A stretch of 64,000 bases of DNA from positions 384,001 to 448,000 of the forward strand of contig CAVQEQ010000003.1 of NCBI GenBank assembly GCA_963711565.1, read 5' to 3'. The translations under genes were made by a program, and so were the position numbers. Within the stretch, counting starts at the first letter, position 1; every line of letters begins with the position of its first letter. Below the pieces are notes generated by a model. That model did no database searches. It saw nothing but the letters and a program-made list of their open reading frames with translations, and was not told where the DNA came from. This document shows, in pieces, positions 1 through 9,299 of this stretch. This DNA comes from an uncultured delta proteobacterium. GTDB taxonomy: Bacteria; Desulfobacterota; Binatia; Binatales; Binataceae.

Positions 1-855
1 GCCGCGGTGTTCTTCGAGCACCATGAAATTCTGTTCGGGCTTCGAAAGCAGATGGACAATAAGACGGTTGCCGTCCCGCTCTATTACAAGGGGACGGCGA
101 ACATCCGGGACATCAGTGGCCTTGCGCACGGTTTTCTCCGACCGCGAAATCCATTGCGCAAGCTCCTCCGGCAACCCGTGAGTTGTTCGCTTCGGGAAAA
201 ACTTCTCAAGCGCTTTTGTCGCGCCGGCGGTTTCCATCGTGATGGTTCCGTTCAGGTCCATCGCGATAAGACCGCGCCCGGCGCAATTCGGGCCGCTCTT
301 CATCGCTGCCATTTCGATCAGCGCCGAGGTGACATGCGCAACGCGAAAGGCCTGACGCACGTGCGCTGAAACTGACACCAGCATGTCCCGGTGGGCATCC
401 GGAGTTTGCTTGTGCTGACCGACCCCTAAGAATTCGATGCGATCGGGCCTGGAGTACAAGAACAAGCTGCAACCATCTCGCATTCCTAGCGGCCGATACA
501 CTTCGTTGTAAAGCGCTGAGCGCAAAAATTGTGACACGGGCTGCACGTCGGACCATCGCGTGAATTGCTCGCAGCGAGTGCGCTGGAAATGGACGACAAT
601 CGGGCTGCTGGGCGCAAGTCGCGCGAGAATTGCGTCACCCTCCGGGAGCCTGAGCTCAGGCGGATCCATGCGCTGGGTTCGGCCCTGCTGAGGAGCCCCA
701 ACTTCAAACGATGCGTCGGCAGCGAATATGGCGGGAACCAGCGCTCGGAGTGCTGACATTAAATGGTCCCTGAGCCCGTCAGGGGTTCGGGGCTCGTAGA
801 GTCCTCTCACGAACTCGAGCACGCGATCGAAGTCGGTTCGCGTATAGCGGTACAT
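1..855 (-). CDS. Putative LuxR-family (sensor + C-terminal HTH) transcriptional regulator, 3' part runs off the window
   Basis: Not in the ORF track. Manual translation gives an open frame from ATG 855 to the edge: MYRYTRTDFDRVLEFVRGLYEPR...QFLRSALYNEVYRPLGMRD...GLPEELAQWI...PLVIERDGNRLIVHLL...MVLEEHRG. This resembles the N-terminal part of GAF-like/LuxR-HTH regulators; the HTH itself lies outside the window. Confidence 0.65.
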   Translation of the reverse strand, partial: MYRYTRTDFDRVLEFVRGLYEPRTPDGLRDHLMSALRALVPAIFAADASFEVGAPQQGRTQRMDPPELRLPEGDAILARLAPSSPIVVHFQRTRCEQFTRWSDVQPVSQFLRSALYNEVYRPLGMRDGCSLFLYSRPDRIEFLGVGQHKQTPDAHRDMLVSVSAHVRQAFRVAHVTSALIEMAAMKSGPNCAGRGLIAMDLNGTITMETAGATKALEKFFPKRTTHGLPEELAQWISRSEKTVRKATDVPDVRRPLVIERDGNRLIVHLLSKPEQNFMVLEEHRG

Positions 856-896
856 ATGAATCGCTGTCTACGCGGGATTGTCCGCCTGCCTGCCGC

Positions 897-914
897 ATAC
901 GTCAATTGACGTAT
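897..914. promoter_or_regulatory. Perfect 18-bp palindrome ATACGTCAATTGACGTAT, operator copy 1
   Basis: Identical palindrome at 2645-2662. Abuts a TTGCTC-N16-TAGCGT (TG-extended -10) promoter-like sequence. Confidence 0.7.
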
Positions 915-1069
915 TGCTCAAATAGGACTACCTGCTAGCGTCCACGCGGGGTGGAGACCGCATAAGCAAGCAATCCGTATATTCTCACCGCCGCGACAGG
1001 GTGAGTCTCATCGGGGTGGGGACTGATGAAGGCATCTCCGGGAAAGATGCGCAAATTTGGGGAGACGGT

Positions 1070-2530
1070 ATGAAACGAATTTTTCTTACGCTCGCATTGT
1101 CAGGCGCTTTTGGAATGGCGTTGCTAGGAAGTGCATCAAAGTCGATGGCTACTTGCGCGCCTGGGACGGTCGGCGCCGCCATTCGGGGAAACTACGCGAT
1201 CAAGATCGTAGGCGGGGAAGTCGATACAGGCTCCGCCGGTGATCCGAAGCCGAATCCGATCGTGGGAATCGGTGTGATCGCGGTGGATGGCGCCTGCGAC
1301 GTAACTGGCGGCGAGTTGATCTATAACGTTGGCGGCACCATTACCGGTCCGGCAAATGACGCACCGCCCAGGAACGCAGTTGTAGCCTTCTCGGGATCGT
1401 TGTCAGCAAATATTTCCGCCGGCACTTCCTATAATCTCAATACCAACGACACCGGCTTTCTTACCTTGACTGACACCGCCGGCGGAATGAACGACGGAAA
1501 CCCGGTTACCTTCGGTATCACAGTCGAATCGGGCGGCACCGAGTTCCGCGGTGTCCGCACCAATGGCGGTACCGCTGCCGGGTCGCCTCCGGCTGATGAT
1601 GCCCCCCTCACCATCCTTGGTGAGCGGCAGGGCTCGGCGACGCCCGGGACGCCGGCGCTTACTACCGCGACATTCGAAAGTCCCTTTGCGATCAGTTGCG
1701 ACACGGTGAACACGACCAGCACCGGTCTCGGATTGGGCTATCAACCGCTTTCGGGAGCCGTGCAGGAGCATCCATATCCGCCGGTCGGCAGCTCGATCAT
1801 ATCGATTAACAGCAATCTCTGGTTCAACAACAACGGCGGGACGATCAATGGCTCGACGACTCTCGTTCCTCCTAATGGCGGCGCTTACCTTTGCGACCTA
1901 GGTGGTTCCATACTAGGGGCTCCGAGTCTGGTGGATGGTACGCAGAATACCGACGCGCTCTTCGAAAACAGTTTCGGTTGCCCTATCGGAGCGAATACCG
2001 ACTCTTCATGGGTACTCTGGGGTCCCTCATACCAGAACGCGTTCACAATTTTGACCGGGGTACAGGTGGACGCAGGAGGTTTCATGCCCGTCACCAGCGT
2101 CTCAAGCTGCACTGCGGGTAAAACTATTGTTGGCGGAACCGACCATCTGGTTCCCGCGGCAGTTACGGTGCATTCGACCGGCGCGAATGAGACGATCACG
2201 ATCACGAACGACTCCCCCGTCCCGATGACCTACGCGAGCATCACGCTAAGCGCTGCTCTGAGCGGGTTCGTAACGATCACGGGCGGGGCCTGCACCACGA
2301 GTGCCGGCTCGATCCCTTCGGATAACCTGGCGTTTGGTCCGGGCGGCTGCACAATCACTCTTGCAGACACCGGGACTCATTGCGCAGCCACGGGCCCCGA
2401 CCACATCACTGGTAGCGCTACTCCGGGTCCGGGGCTAGGAACCTTGAGGGTTGCGTTGAACGATCACTCGATCGCGGGTGGTACTGAAGACGCCAATGGT
2501 GACGAAGTCGCAGTAACCTGCACGCATTAG
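1070..2530 (+). CDS. Secreted Gly/Thr/Cys-rich hypothetical protein, possible Ig/ASH-like C-terminal domain
   Basis: GGAG RBS before ATG 1070; signal peptide MKRIFLTLALSGAFGMALLG; beta-rich composition. Confidence 0.75.
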   Translation: MKRIFLTLALSGAFGMALLGSASKSMATCAPGTVGAAIRGNYAIKIVGGEVDTGSAGDPKPNPIVGIGVIAVDGACDVTGGELIYNVGGTITGPANDAPPRNAVVAFSGSLSANISAGTSYNLNTNDTGFLTLTDTAGGMNDGNPVTFGITVESGGTEFRGVRTNGGTAAGSPPADDAPLTILGERQGSATPGTPALTTATFESPFAISCDTVNTTSTGLGLGYQPLSGAVQEHPYPPVGSSIISINSNLWFNNNGGTINGSTTLVPPNGGAYLCDLGGSILGAPSLVDGTQNTDALFENSFGCPIGANTDSSWVLWGPSYQNAFTILTGVQVDAGGFMPVTSVSSCTAGKTIVGGTDHLVPAAVTVHSTGANETITITNDSPVPMTYASITLSAALSGFVTITGGACTTSAGSIPSDNLAFGPGGCTITLADTGTHCAATGPDHITGSATPGPGLGTLRVALNDHSIAGGTEDANGDEVAVTCTH

Positions 2531-2568
2531 TCCAACATCTTGAACTTCCACTTTTGGAAGTGAGCCTT

Positions 2569-2605
2569 AAGGGCGGGCCGGCGATGGCCCGCCCTGATTT
2601 TTTTC
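2569..2605 (+). terminator. Intrinsic terminator
   Basis: AGGGCGGGCC-loop-GGCCCGCCCT hairpin followed by a T7 tract downstream of the 2530 stop. Confidence 0.75.
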
Positions 2606-2644
2606 GCGCGTCGAGATCGACTGCAAACGGTATGCGGCGATCGC

Positions 2645-2662
2645 ATACGTCAATTGACGTAT
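2645..2662. promoter_or_regulatory. Perfect 18-bp palindrome ATACGTCAATTGACGTAT, operator copy 2
   Basis: Part of a 53-bp block matching 894-946 at 46/53 positions; followed by TTGCCG-N16-TAGCGT. Confidence 0.7.
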
Positions 2663-2751
2663 TGCCGAAATTTGACTCGTTGCTAGCGTCCACGTTGTGA
2701 AGTCGCGTTTTCGACCGGCGTGACCAGGACTTTCCAAGGAGGACGCAAGAG

Positions 2752-3552
2752 ATGAAAAGGGAGAAACTGGCGGCGGTATTCTTTGCCGCCGTGACGATGC
2801 TCGTATTCGCCGCATCGGCGGGCGCCGCGGACGGCACCATCGAGATCAACCAGGCCAAGGTGCTCGCGAACGGCGGGTTTCCCTACACCATAGGCACAGG
2901 AAGCTATCGACTCACCGGCAACCTAACAGTTCCATCTGGTACCAACGGAATTAACGTAAATGCGGCCAACGTCACCATCGATCTGAACGGATTCTCGATT
3001 ATCGGGCCCCTCACTACTCTCACGAGCGCAACGCCAATCGGAATTGATGCGTTCGAAATCCTGGTTACGGTGGAAAACGGGATCGTCACCGGATTCGGCA
3101 CCGGCGTTGAGGTGGGAGGCGGCGGCATCATCAGAAACGTCCACGTCGATGGGAACTTCAATGGCATCGAGGCGAGCAACAACAGTGTGGTCACAGGCTG
3201 CACGGCAAACAACGGCAATGTTGGCGGTACCGGCATTGCGTGCGCGGCGACCTGCACGATCTCCGGCAATACTGCAAACGGCGATGGCGCCGGCGGCATT
3301 ACATGCGGCGGGGACGCCTGCGTGATCTCCGGCAACACCGCGAGCGATGACGGCGTTGGCATCCATTGCAAGGGATCGGGATGTCTGATTTCCGGCAATA
3401 CTGTGACCAGCGCCGGCACATATCCTATCGAGGCCTCTGATGCCACCACCGGCTACGGGGGGAATGTACTCGCGGGTCTCGTAGTCTCCTTGGGCGGCAC
3501 CTCGTTTGGCAACAATGTCTGCACAACCCTCTCGGGCACTGTCATTTGCTGA
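2752..3552 (+). CDS. Secreted right-handed parallel beta-helix repeat protein
   Basis: AGGAGG RBS, signal peptide, GSYRLTGNL and VTIDLNGFSI motifs, repeated C-x-ISGN-T-A units. Confidence 0.8.
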   Translation: MKREKLAAVFFAAVTMLVFAASAGAADGTIEINQAKVLANGGFPYTIGTGSYRLTGNLTVPSGTNGINVNAANVTIDLNGFSIIGPLTTLTSATPIGIDAFEILVTVENGIVTGFGTGVEVGGGGIIRNVHVDGNFNGIEASNNSVVTGCTANNGNVGGTGIACAATCTISGNTANGDGAGGITCGGDACVISGNTASDDGVGIHCKGSGCLISGNTVTSAGTYPIEASDATTGYGGNVLAGLVVSLGGTSFGNNVCTTLSGTVIC

Positions 3553-3650
3553 GGCTTGGCGATGCTGCTTGCAATCGCCGCTGACCGGAAAGCTCGACGG
3601 CCGGCATCCGGCGCCGCAGGCTCGGGCGGTTTGCCGCAAGCATCGTTGCG

Positions 3651-5213
3651 ATGCTGGCAGCGGCGGTCGGGATAAGCGTCACACCCGCCGCAGCGCAAAC
3701 CCCATTGAGCATGCTATGCGTCTCGCCCGATATCACCGTCGCTCTGAGCAGCAGAACCGTCACACCCCAGCAGGTGCAATGTTACTCGTTTCCTTCCGGC
3801 ACGGCTTCGAAGAGCTTTGCCGGTATTCCGGCGGGCGTGAACGTGACCGGGTACTTCCCGCTGAGTGCGACGCAGACCCTGCTCACGATCGACACCACCG
3901 CCGCACTGCCGACCAACGGTACCGGTGGGATCGTAACCGTAACTCCGCACGATGTGGCGTCGTACAATCCGTCAACCGGCTTTTTCTCGTCATCGCTTTA
4001 CTTCGCGGGCGCGAGCAACAGCATTCCCGACGGGACGCAGATCGACGCACTCGGGATGGACACCGCAGGAGACCTGCTGCTCTCGTTCGACGTGACCATA
4101 GCCGTCCCCAAATCCGGCGGCGGGACGATAACCGTCAACCCGGCAGACTTGGTCTCGTTCACAGGCGGTGTTTATACGCTGGTTTTCAACAGTGCCGTGG
4201 CCGGCATCCCCGATGGAACAAATCTCGAGGGCGCTACGATGCTGCCTAACACCGACCTGTTGCTCACCTTCGATGTGATCGGCTCGATCGACGGAATTGA
4301 TTTCACGCCGACCAACGTCCTGGAGTTCAATTCCGGCGCCAACAGTTGGGTGCTGTCATTCAGTGGCGCCTCGAGCGACGAATGGCCGGACGGCAGCTTG
4401 TTCCAGGGAGTATGGGCCGCAGCAGCCCCCACGCCCACTGCGACGCCAACGCGGACAGCGACGCCAACCGCCACTGCGACTTCAAAGGCGAGCGCGACGC
4501 GGACGCCGACTGCGACCACGACGCATACCGCGACACGGACTGCGACGCCCACCGCCACGGCGACCGCGACCAAGACGCCAACAGCGACCGCGACCAGGAC
4601 CGCGACGGCCACAGCGACTGCTTCGGCAACTCGGACTGCCACCGCGACGGCAACGGCCACAACGTCCACCGCGACCGCGACGCGGACATCTACGCCGACT
4701 GCAACTGCGACGTCCACAACTCCGACTGCAAGCGCAACGCCGACCAAGACCGCCACTGCGACTGCGACGCCGACTGCGACGGGGACCACCGCGGCGACTC
4801 CAACTGCAACTGCCACGCTAACCGCCACAGCTACTGCAACCGCGACTGCCACTTCAGCCACGACCACCGCGACGCCAACGCCAGTGCCGATTGTACTGAA
4901 GATCAGGCCGGCGTCGCTGAAGTTCGGCACTGTGAAGGTCGGCAGTCATAAAGGAAAGAGTGTCGGCGTGACCAACCCCAAAAGCAGCAAGAAGAAGCCA
5001 GGTCTTACGGTGTTGATGGAAGGGGTCAGCGGAGTGGTCAGTCCGTACAGCGTCAGCAATGGCTGCGACGCGCCGTTGGCGCCAGGCGCGAAGTGCTCAA
5101 TCGAGGTCACTTTCGCGCCGACTGTATCGGGAGCTCAGGACGGCGCCGTGATGATAATCGACAATGCGGAAGACGCGCCGCAGACGGTGAGGCTAACGGG
5201 CAAGGGCAAATAG
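3651..5213 (+). CDS. Secreted protein with Thr/Ala/Pro-rich linker and C-terminal ASH/choice-of-anchor-D-like Ig domain
   Basis: Repeated DLLLSFD/DLLLTFD N-terminal units, ~150-aa TATATPT linker, C-terminal LKFGTVKVG...C...LAPGAKCSIEVTFAP...V.LTG.G. Start uncertain. Confidence 0.75.
   Translation: MLAAAVGISVTPAAAQTPLSMLCVSPDITVALSSRTVTPQQVQCYSFPSGTASKSFAGIPAGVNVTGYFPLSATQTLLTIDTTAALPTNGTGGIVTVTPHDVASYNPSTGFFSSSLYFAGASNSIPDGTQIDALGMDTAGDLLLSFDVTIAVPKSGGGTITVNPADLVSFTGGVYTLVFNSAVAGIPDGTNLEGATMLPNTDLLLTFDVIGSIDGIDFTPTNVLEFNSGANSWVLSFSGASSDEWPDGSLFQGVWAAAAPTPTATPTRTATPTATATSKASATRTPTATTTHTATRTATPTATATATKTPTATATRTATATATASATRTATATATATTSTATATRTSTPTATATSTTPTASATPTKTATATATPTATGTTAATPTATATLTATATATATATSATTTATPTPVPIVLKIRPASLKFGTVKVGSHKGKSVGVTNPKSSKKKPGLTVLMEGVSGVVSPYSVSNGCDAPLAPGAKCSIEVTFAPTVSGAQDGAVMIIDNAEDAPQTVRLTGKGK
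4429..4885 (+). repeat. Low-complexity (ACN GCN)n coding repeat (Thr-Ala linker)
   Basis: Iterated ACC/ACG/ACT-GCG/GCC codons inside CDS 3651-5213. Confidence 0.8.
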
Positions 5214-5298
5214 ACAACGCGCCGTGGCCGCGGATGACTCGCGCGACATGCTCAGAATGGATAGTTGATGCCGGGGACCAGTGCTCGCCTCGATTCGA

Positions 5299-5904
5299 TC
5301 AATTTCTTAGCAAAGACTTCCGCATTGCCTGATGCTTGGTTTGCGGATGAAGCCACACGCTCATGATCGCCGGACAGAAAGACGGATCGTCAACCGCGGC
5401 GACGCTCGAATTGTTCAAATAGGAAAGCGTCCGGTTCGTGTCTGAGCAGAATATGACGATCTGATCGCCTTGCCGGACGTTGGGAATAAGCTTCGTCAGC
5501 TCAGCCTGCCAGATGCCAAGTTGACGCGCGTCGCCAACCTTGAGATCGCGCATCTCGGCGATTGCGCTCTTCACCAAGATGTCGGCGGCAACATCCCGGC
5601 CCGGCTCGATATCGAGAGCGTGCGGCACTGTGGCCGACCATTGCGGGCCGACAATCCACAACGTCGCATCGTACATCCGGATGCCCCACCACGTCTGGCG
5701 GCCTTTCCCCAACGGATGCATTCCCGGTGCTTTGGAAATCACCTGCGGCGGCAACGGTCTGGCGCCACCCGACGGCGCGGCTATCGCGAAGGTAGCTGAA
5801 ATCAGAACCAGGAGCATTGTTGCCAGTCGTAAGGACTCGGCGCCGGCAGGAACTCGGTGTCTCATCAGCAGCCGCATGATGGCCGACAGTCGGGCGGCCC
5901 GCAA
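5299..5904 (-). CDS. Chalcone-isomerase-like fold exported protein
   Basis: G.G..TWWGIRMYDATLW, P.V..GD.I and F..AI.S.WL.P.T....R..LL motifs; true start probably downstream. Confidence 0.65.
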   Translation of the reverse strand: MRAARLSAIMRLLMRHRVPAGAESLRLATMLLVLISATFAIAAPSGGARPLPPQVISKAPGMHPLGKGRQTWWGIRMYDATLWIVGPQWSATVPHALDIEPGRDVAADILVKSAIAEMRDLKVGDARQLGIWQAELTKLIPNVRQGDQIVIFCSDTNRTLSYLNNSSVAAVDDPSFCPAIMSVWLHPQTKHQAMRKSLLRN

Positions 5905-5910
5905 GCGCGA

Positions 5911-7245
5911 CTAGAAAGGATAGTTGATGCCGGAGAAGACGGCGGCGCCTTCGCCACCCCATCCGATATCGACGAAGCCGACTACGAACGGCTCCGCGAT
6001 GCCGCGAAAGCCGATGCCGCCAACCGGGTGCAGATCCGTGAACGGGTTGTAGCCCATGTCATGGCCGACGCGGCCCGCCTCGGCAAACGGCGCGAGCTCG
6101 AGGGTCCCGTGAGTGCCCATAACGTCTTTGTCCCAGACCCGCGTGCGCATCTCGAGGTTCATCACGAACAGATTGTTATCGATATAGCGGCCCGTGCCGT
6201 AGCCGCGCAGCGGCTCCTGATCGGTAAGGATACTGTCGTCGCCGCCCAGGCGCGCCTGCGACCAGAACGGCATCTCGTTACCGGCCGGCTCGTACTCGGT
6301 GAAAAGATGACCGGCAAAGGTAATGCGCTCGCCGACGGTAATGTACTGGCGCAATTCGCCGCCGAAGCGATTATACGAAACCGAGCTGCCGAACCTGCGA
6401 TCCGCGTTACCATAGTAGAGCCGGCCGAGCGTGCCCGATCGCGGGATATCCACCGAGTCGCGTGAGTCGTATTGGAGCATCACCTGCTGCAGAACTTCGC
6501 TGCCGCCGTTAACGCCTTTCTGATTTGGGAACAAGCTAAAAATCGAGGGCACCGAGTTGAAGCCGCCATCATGGATTCGCACCCAGCGCGGGCGTTCGGT
6601 CAGAGAGGCCTGCCATTTGTCATTCAGGTTCAAGCCGAAAACCCCCTCGCCGTAAACCTGCTCGGTGGTGTAGTTGGTCTGGTTGCCGTAGTGGGAGTTG
6701 TTGCCCAATCCGTAAAAGCGCTCGGTCGGATCTTTCTCGAAGAAGAAGCGCCCCTCGAACGACCACCACTTCTTATGCTCGCGCCCGGTCTGGTAATCGA
6801 GATCGACGTTGCGCGAGATGGTCTCCTGCGCGCCTGCCTCCGCGTACCAATTGATATCCGACGAGGGATACGCCAGGTAGCGAAAGTTGCCGCCCGGGCC
6901 GAGCGTGCTGTTGGAGTTGATATCGGGCGCCAGGATGCTGCTGATCTCGTTCTTGTTGTCGGTGAACAGCCAAACCGGCAGCACGCCGTAAGTGACCCCG
7001 CCGTTAGGATCGGTGGCAACTTCAGGCACCGGTATGAACGGCCACGAGTTGGGGTCCTGAATCTTGAACGAACTCCAGTCGTACTGCGGCATTCTCCAGG
7101 TGCTGGGGTCAATCAACGAGAACCCGGGTGAAGACGTTGGCACCGAAGGGTTCGGGGGCACCTGCGGGATCGAGTCGGCGTGCACAGTGGCCGCCGCAAC
7201 TACAAAAGCCGTGATTAAGATGAGTGAGGCGAAAACTCTCCGCAT
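5911..7245 (-). CDS. Omp85/BamA-TamA-like outer-membrane beta-barrel (no obvious POTRA domains)
   Basis: Signal peptide, YDSRD...P..G, LGG....LRGY..GRY.DN motif, C-terminal YPF. Confidence 0.75.
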   Translation of the reverse strand: MRRVFASLILITAFVVAAATVHADSIPQVPPNPSVPTSSPGFSLIDPSTWRMPQYDWSSFKIQDPNSWPFIPVPEVATDPNGGVTYGVLPVWLFTDNKNEISSILAPDINSNSTLGPGGNFRYLAYPSSDINWYAEAGAQETISRNVDLDYQTGREHKKWWSFEGRFFFEKDPTERFYGLGNNSHYGNQTNYTTEQVYGEGVFGLNLNDKWQASLTERPRWVRIHDGGFNSVPSIFSLFPNQKGVNGGSEVLQQVMLQYDSRDSVDIPRSGTLGRLYYGNADRRFGSSVSYNRFGGELRQYITVGERITFAGHLFTEYEPAGNEMPFWSQARLGGDDSILTDQEPLRGYGTGRYIDNNLFVMNLEMRTRVWDKDVMGTHGTLELAPFAEAGRVGHDMGYNPFTDLHPVGGIGFRGIAEPFVVGFVDIGWGGEGAAVFSGINYPF

Positions 7246-7520
7246 TGGGATCCTGGGGAATTAGATTTGATCTGTTGGCATTCGGCTACTCCTCCATCAC
7301 CTTCACCACCACCATCGAAGCGCCCGGATTCTCCCGAGCCCGCAGCACCGAATGATGGTCAAAGCTGACAGGCTTGCACGCGGCGATCAACCCTGTTGGC
7401 GCTCGCCGAAGCAATGCATCTCGCAATCTGTCGTCATCGACACGCGCGCGCTTTTCGGCGACGCGGTAAATGTGCAAGGATTCGGATCAAGCGGAAAGAT
7501 TTCCTCAAAGGAGCTCAGTA

Positions 7521-9212
7521 ATGGCGAAAGCTGACGGTGGAGAATTAATCGCGCGCGTGATGCGCGAGAATCGGGTGAAGTATTGTTTCGCGATCAACGG
7601 CGGGCATCTGTTCCCCATCCTCGGCCAGTTGCGCAATCACGACATCAAGTTGATCCACATGCGTCACGAGCAGGCCACCGCCTACGCGGCCGACGCCTAC
7701 GCGCGCACCTCGGGCGAGGTGGGAGTATGCATGGTCACCGCGGGATGCGGCCTGACCAACGCGGTGACGGGACTGTGCGTCGCGGGACTGACCAACAGCG
7801 CAGTGGTCTGCATCTCGGGACAGCATCCGAATACCGAGGATCATCTCGGCTCGTTCCAGGAGGCCTACGGCTCCGAAGTCGTCGCCAGCTTCTCCAAGTT
7901 CACCAAGCGCGTGACCGATTGGTCCACGATTCAGTTCGACCTGCGCTCCGCGTTCCGCGAGGCGATCTCGCCGCCGCAGGGCGTCGCGCTGTTCGAGATT
8001 CCGCAAAACATACTGTATCACCACGAGGAAGACGCGGGGCAGCGCAAGGGCGCGCGCGAATTCACGATCGACGACGTGCGCTCCGCGGCGGATCCCGCAA
8101 AGATCGATCGCGCGCTCGAGATGCTGGTGGCGGCCGATCGTCCAATAATCGCGTGCGGCGACGGCGTGTTCTGGTCGCAGGCGGGCCCGGAGATGCGCGA
8201 GTTCGTCGAGCTGACGAACATTCCGATCTACGCGCGCCGCGCCGGCCAGGGCGTCGTGTCCGAGGAGCATCCGCTGGCGATTCGCGGCGCGTTCAAGAAG
8301 CCGTTCACCGGCGGCGCCAACGTCGTGGTCGCCATCGGCTTCCGCTTCTGGAGCGGCGAGCATTTCGGACAGCCGCCGACCTGGACCGACAAGGCCAAGT
8401 ACATCCAGATCGATCCGACGCCGACGCGCATCGGATGGCAGGTCAACGCGGACCTGCCGATGGTCGGCGATCCGAAGATCGTGCTGCAGCAGATGATCAA
8501 ACGCATCAAGGAGCTCAAGCTCGACTTCTCGAAGAACAAGACGTCGCCGTGGGTTAAGCAGGTTTGGGAGACGCGCCAGCGCTTCGACAACACGATCAAG
8601 GAGCAGAACGCCAAGGTCGCGAAGAATCAGCCGATACATCCGGCGCGCCTGTGCGAGGACCTGATCACCGTGCTCGACAAGAACGCGACGACGGTAATCG
8701 ACAGCTTCACGCTCTCCGGATGGATGAGCCGCGCGTTCACCTGCCGCTTCATGGGCCAAGTGGTTGACGCAGGTCCGCTCGCTCCAGTCGGTCACGGCGT
8801 CGGCATGGGCATCGGCGCGCAGCTCGCGCGTCCGGGCCAGCAAGTCGTCGTTATCAGTGGCGACGGCGGATTGGGAATCGGCGGATGGGACATGGAGACG
8901 GCGGCGCGCTACAAACTGCCGGTGATCACGGTGCTGTGGAACAACAGCTCATGGGGACCTAATTTCGATCAGATGCCGGGACTGAAGGGCCGCACCGATC
9001 CGTTCAACATGCTGCCGAACATCCGTTACGACAAAATCTTCGCCGAGATGGGATGTCACGGCGAGCAGGTCGAGACCGTGGATCAGATCAAACCGGCACT
9101 GGAGCGCGCCTTCAAATCAGGCAAGCCGGCATTGATCAACGTGATCGGCGACGTCTCAGTCGGCAACGCAACTCTCGGCGGCAACCTGCTAGGCTCGACG
9201 GGCTCGAATTAG
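7521..9212 (+). CDS. Thiamine-diphosphate-binding enzyme (acetolactate synthase-like superfamily)
   Basis: AGGAG RBS before ATG 7521; RHEQ..A..ADAYAR; GDG...N(N) TPP motif (SGDGGLG...WNN). Confidence 0.85.
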   Translation: MAKADGGELIARVMRENRVKYCFAINGGHLFPILGQLRNHDIKLIHMRHEQATAYAADAYARTSGEVGVCMVTAGCGLTNAVTGLCVAGLTNSAVVCISGQHPNTEDHLGSFQEAYGSEVVASFSKFTKRVTDWSTIQFDLRSAFREAISPPQGVALFEIPQNILYHHEEDAGQRKGAREFTIDDVRSAADPAKIDRALEMLVAADRPIIACGDGVFWSQAGPEMREFVELTNIPIYARRAGQGVVSEEHPLAIRGAFKKPFTGGANVVVAIGFRFWSGEHFGQPPTWTDKAKYIQIDPTPTRIGWQVNADLPMVGDPKIVLQQMIKRIKELKLDFSKNKTSPWVKQVWETRQRFDNTIKEQNAKVAKNQPIHPARLCEDLITVLDKNATTVIDSFTLSGWMSRAFTCRFMGQVVDAGPLAPVGHGVGMGIGAQLARPGQQVVVISGDGGLGIGGWDMETAARYKLPVITVLWNNSSWGPNFDQMPGLKGRTDPFNMLPNIRYDKIFAEMGCHGEQVETVDQIKPALERAFKSGKPALINVIGDVSVGNATLGGNLLGSTGSN

Positions 9213-9233
9213 CAGCTAGCCTCCGAAAAATCC

Positions 9234-9279
9234 GGTCCCCCCTTTCCATTCTGGAAAGGAGGCCAGGGAGATGGGACCC
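9234..9279. repeat. Extra degenerate BoxC/REP-like hairpin
   Basis: CCCTTTCCATTCTGGAAAGG stem-loop, identical in its core to the arm hairpin at 9305. Confidence 0.7.
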
Positions 9280-9299
9280 GCACGAGGCTACAACGAATT

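Noticed and set aside
4172-4951. Alternative-frame ORFs (Val/Ala-, Arg- or Asp/Cys-rich)
   Set aside because: By-products of the Thr-Ala codon repeat in CDS 3651-5213.
7286-7477. 63-aa minus-strand ORF, possible remnant of another TPP-enzyme C-terminus
   Set aside because: Only the last ~18 residues are suggestive; it overlaps the divergent promoter region and has insufficient support.
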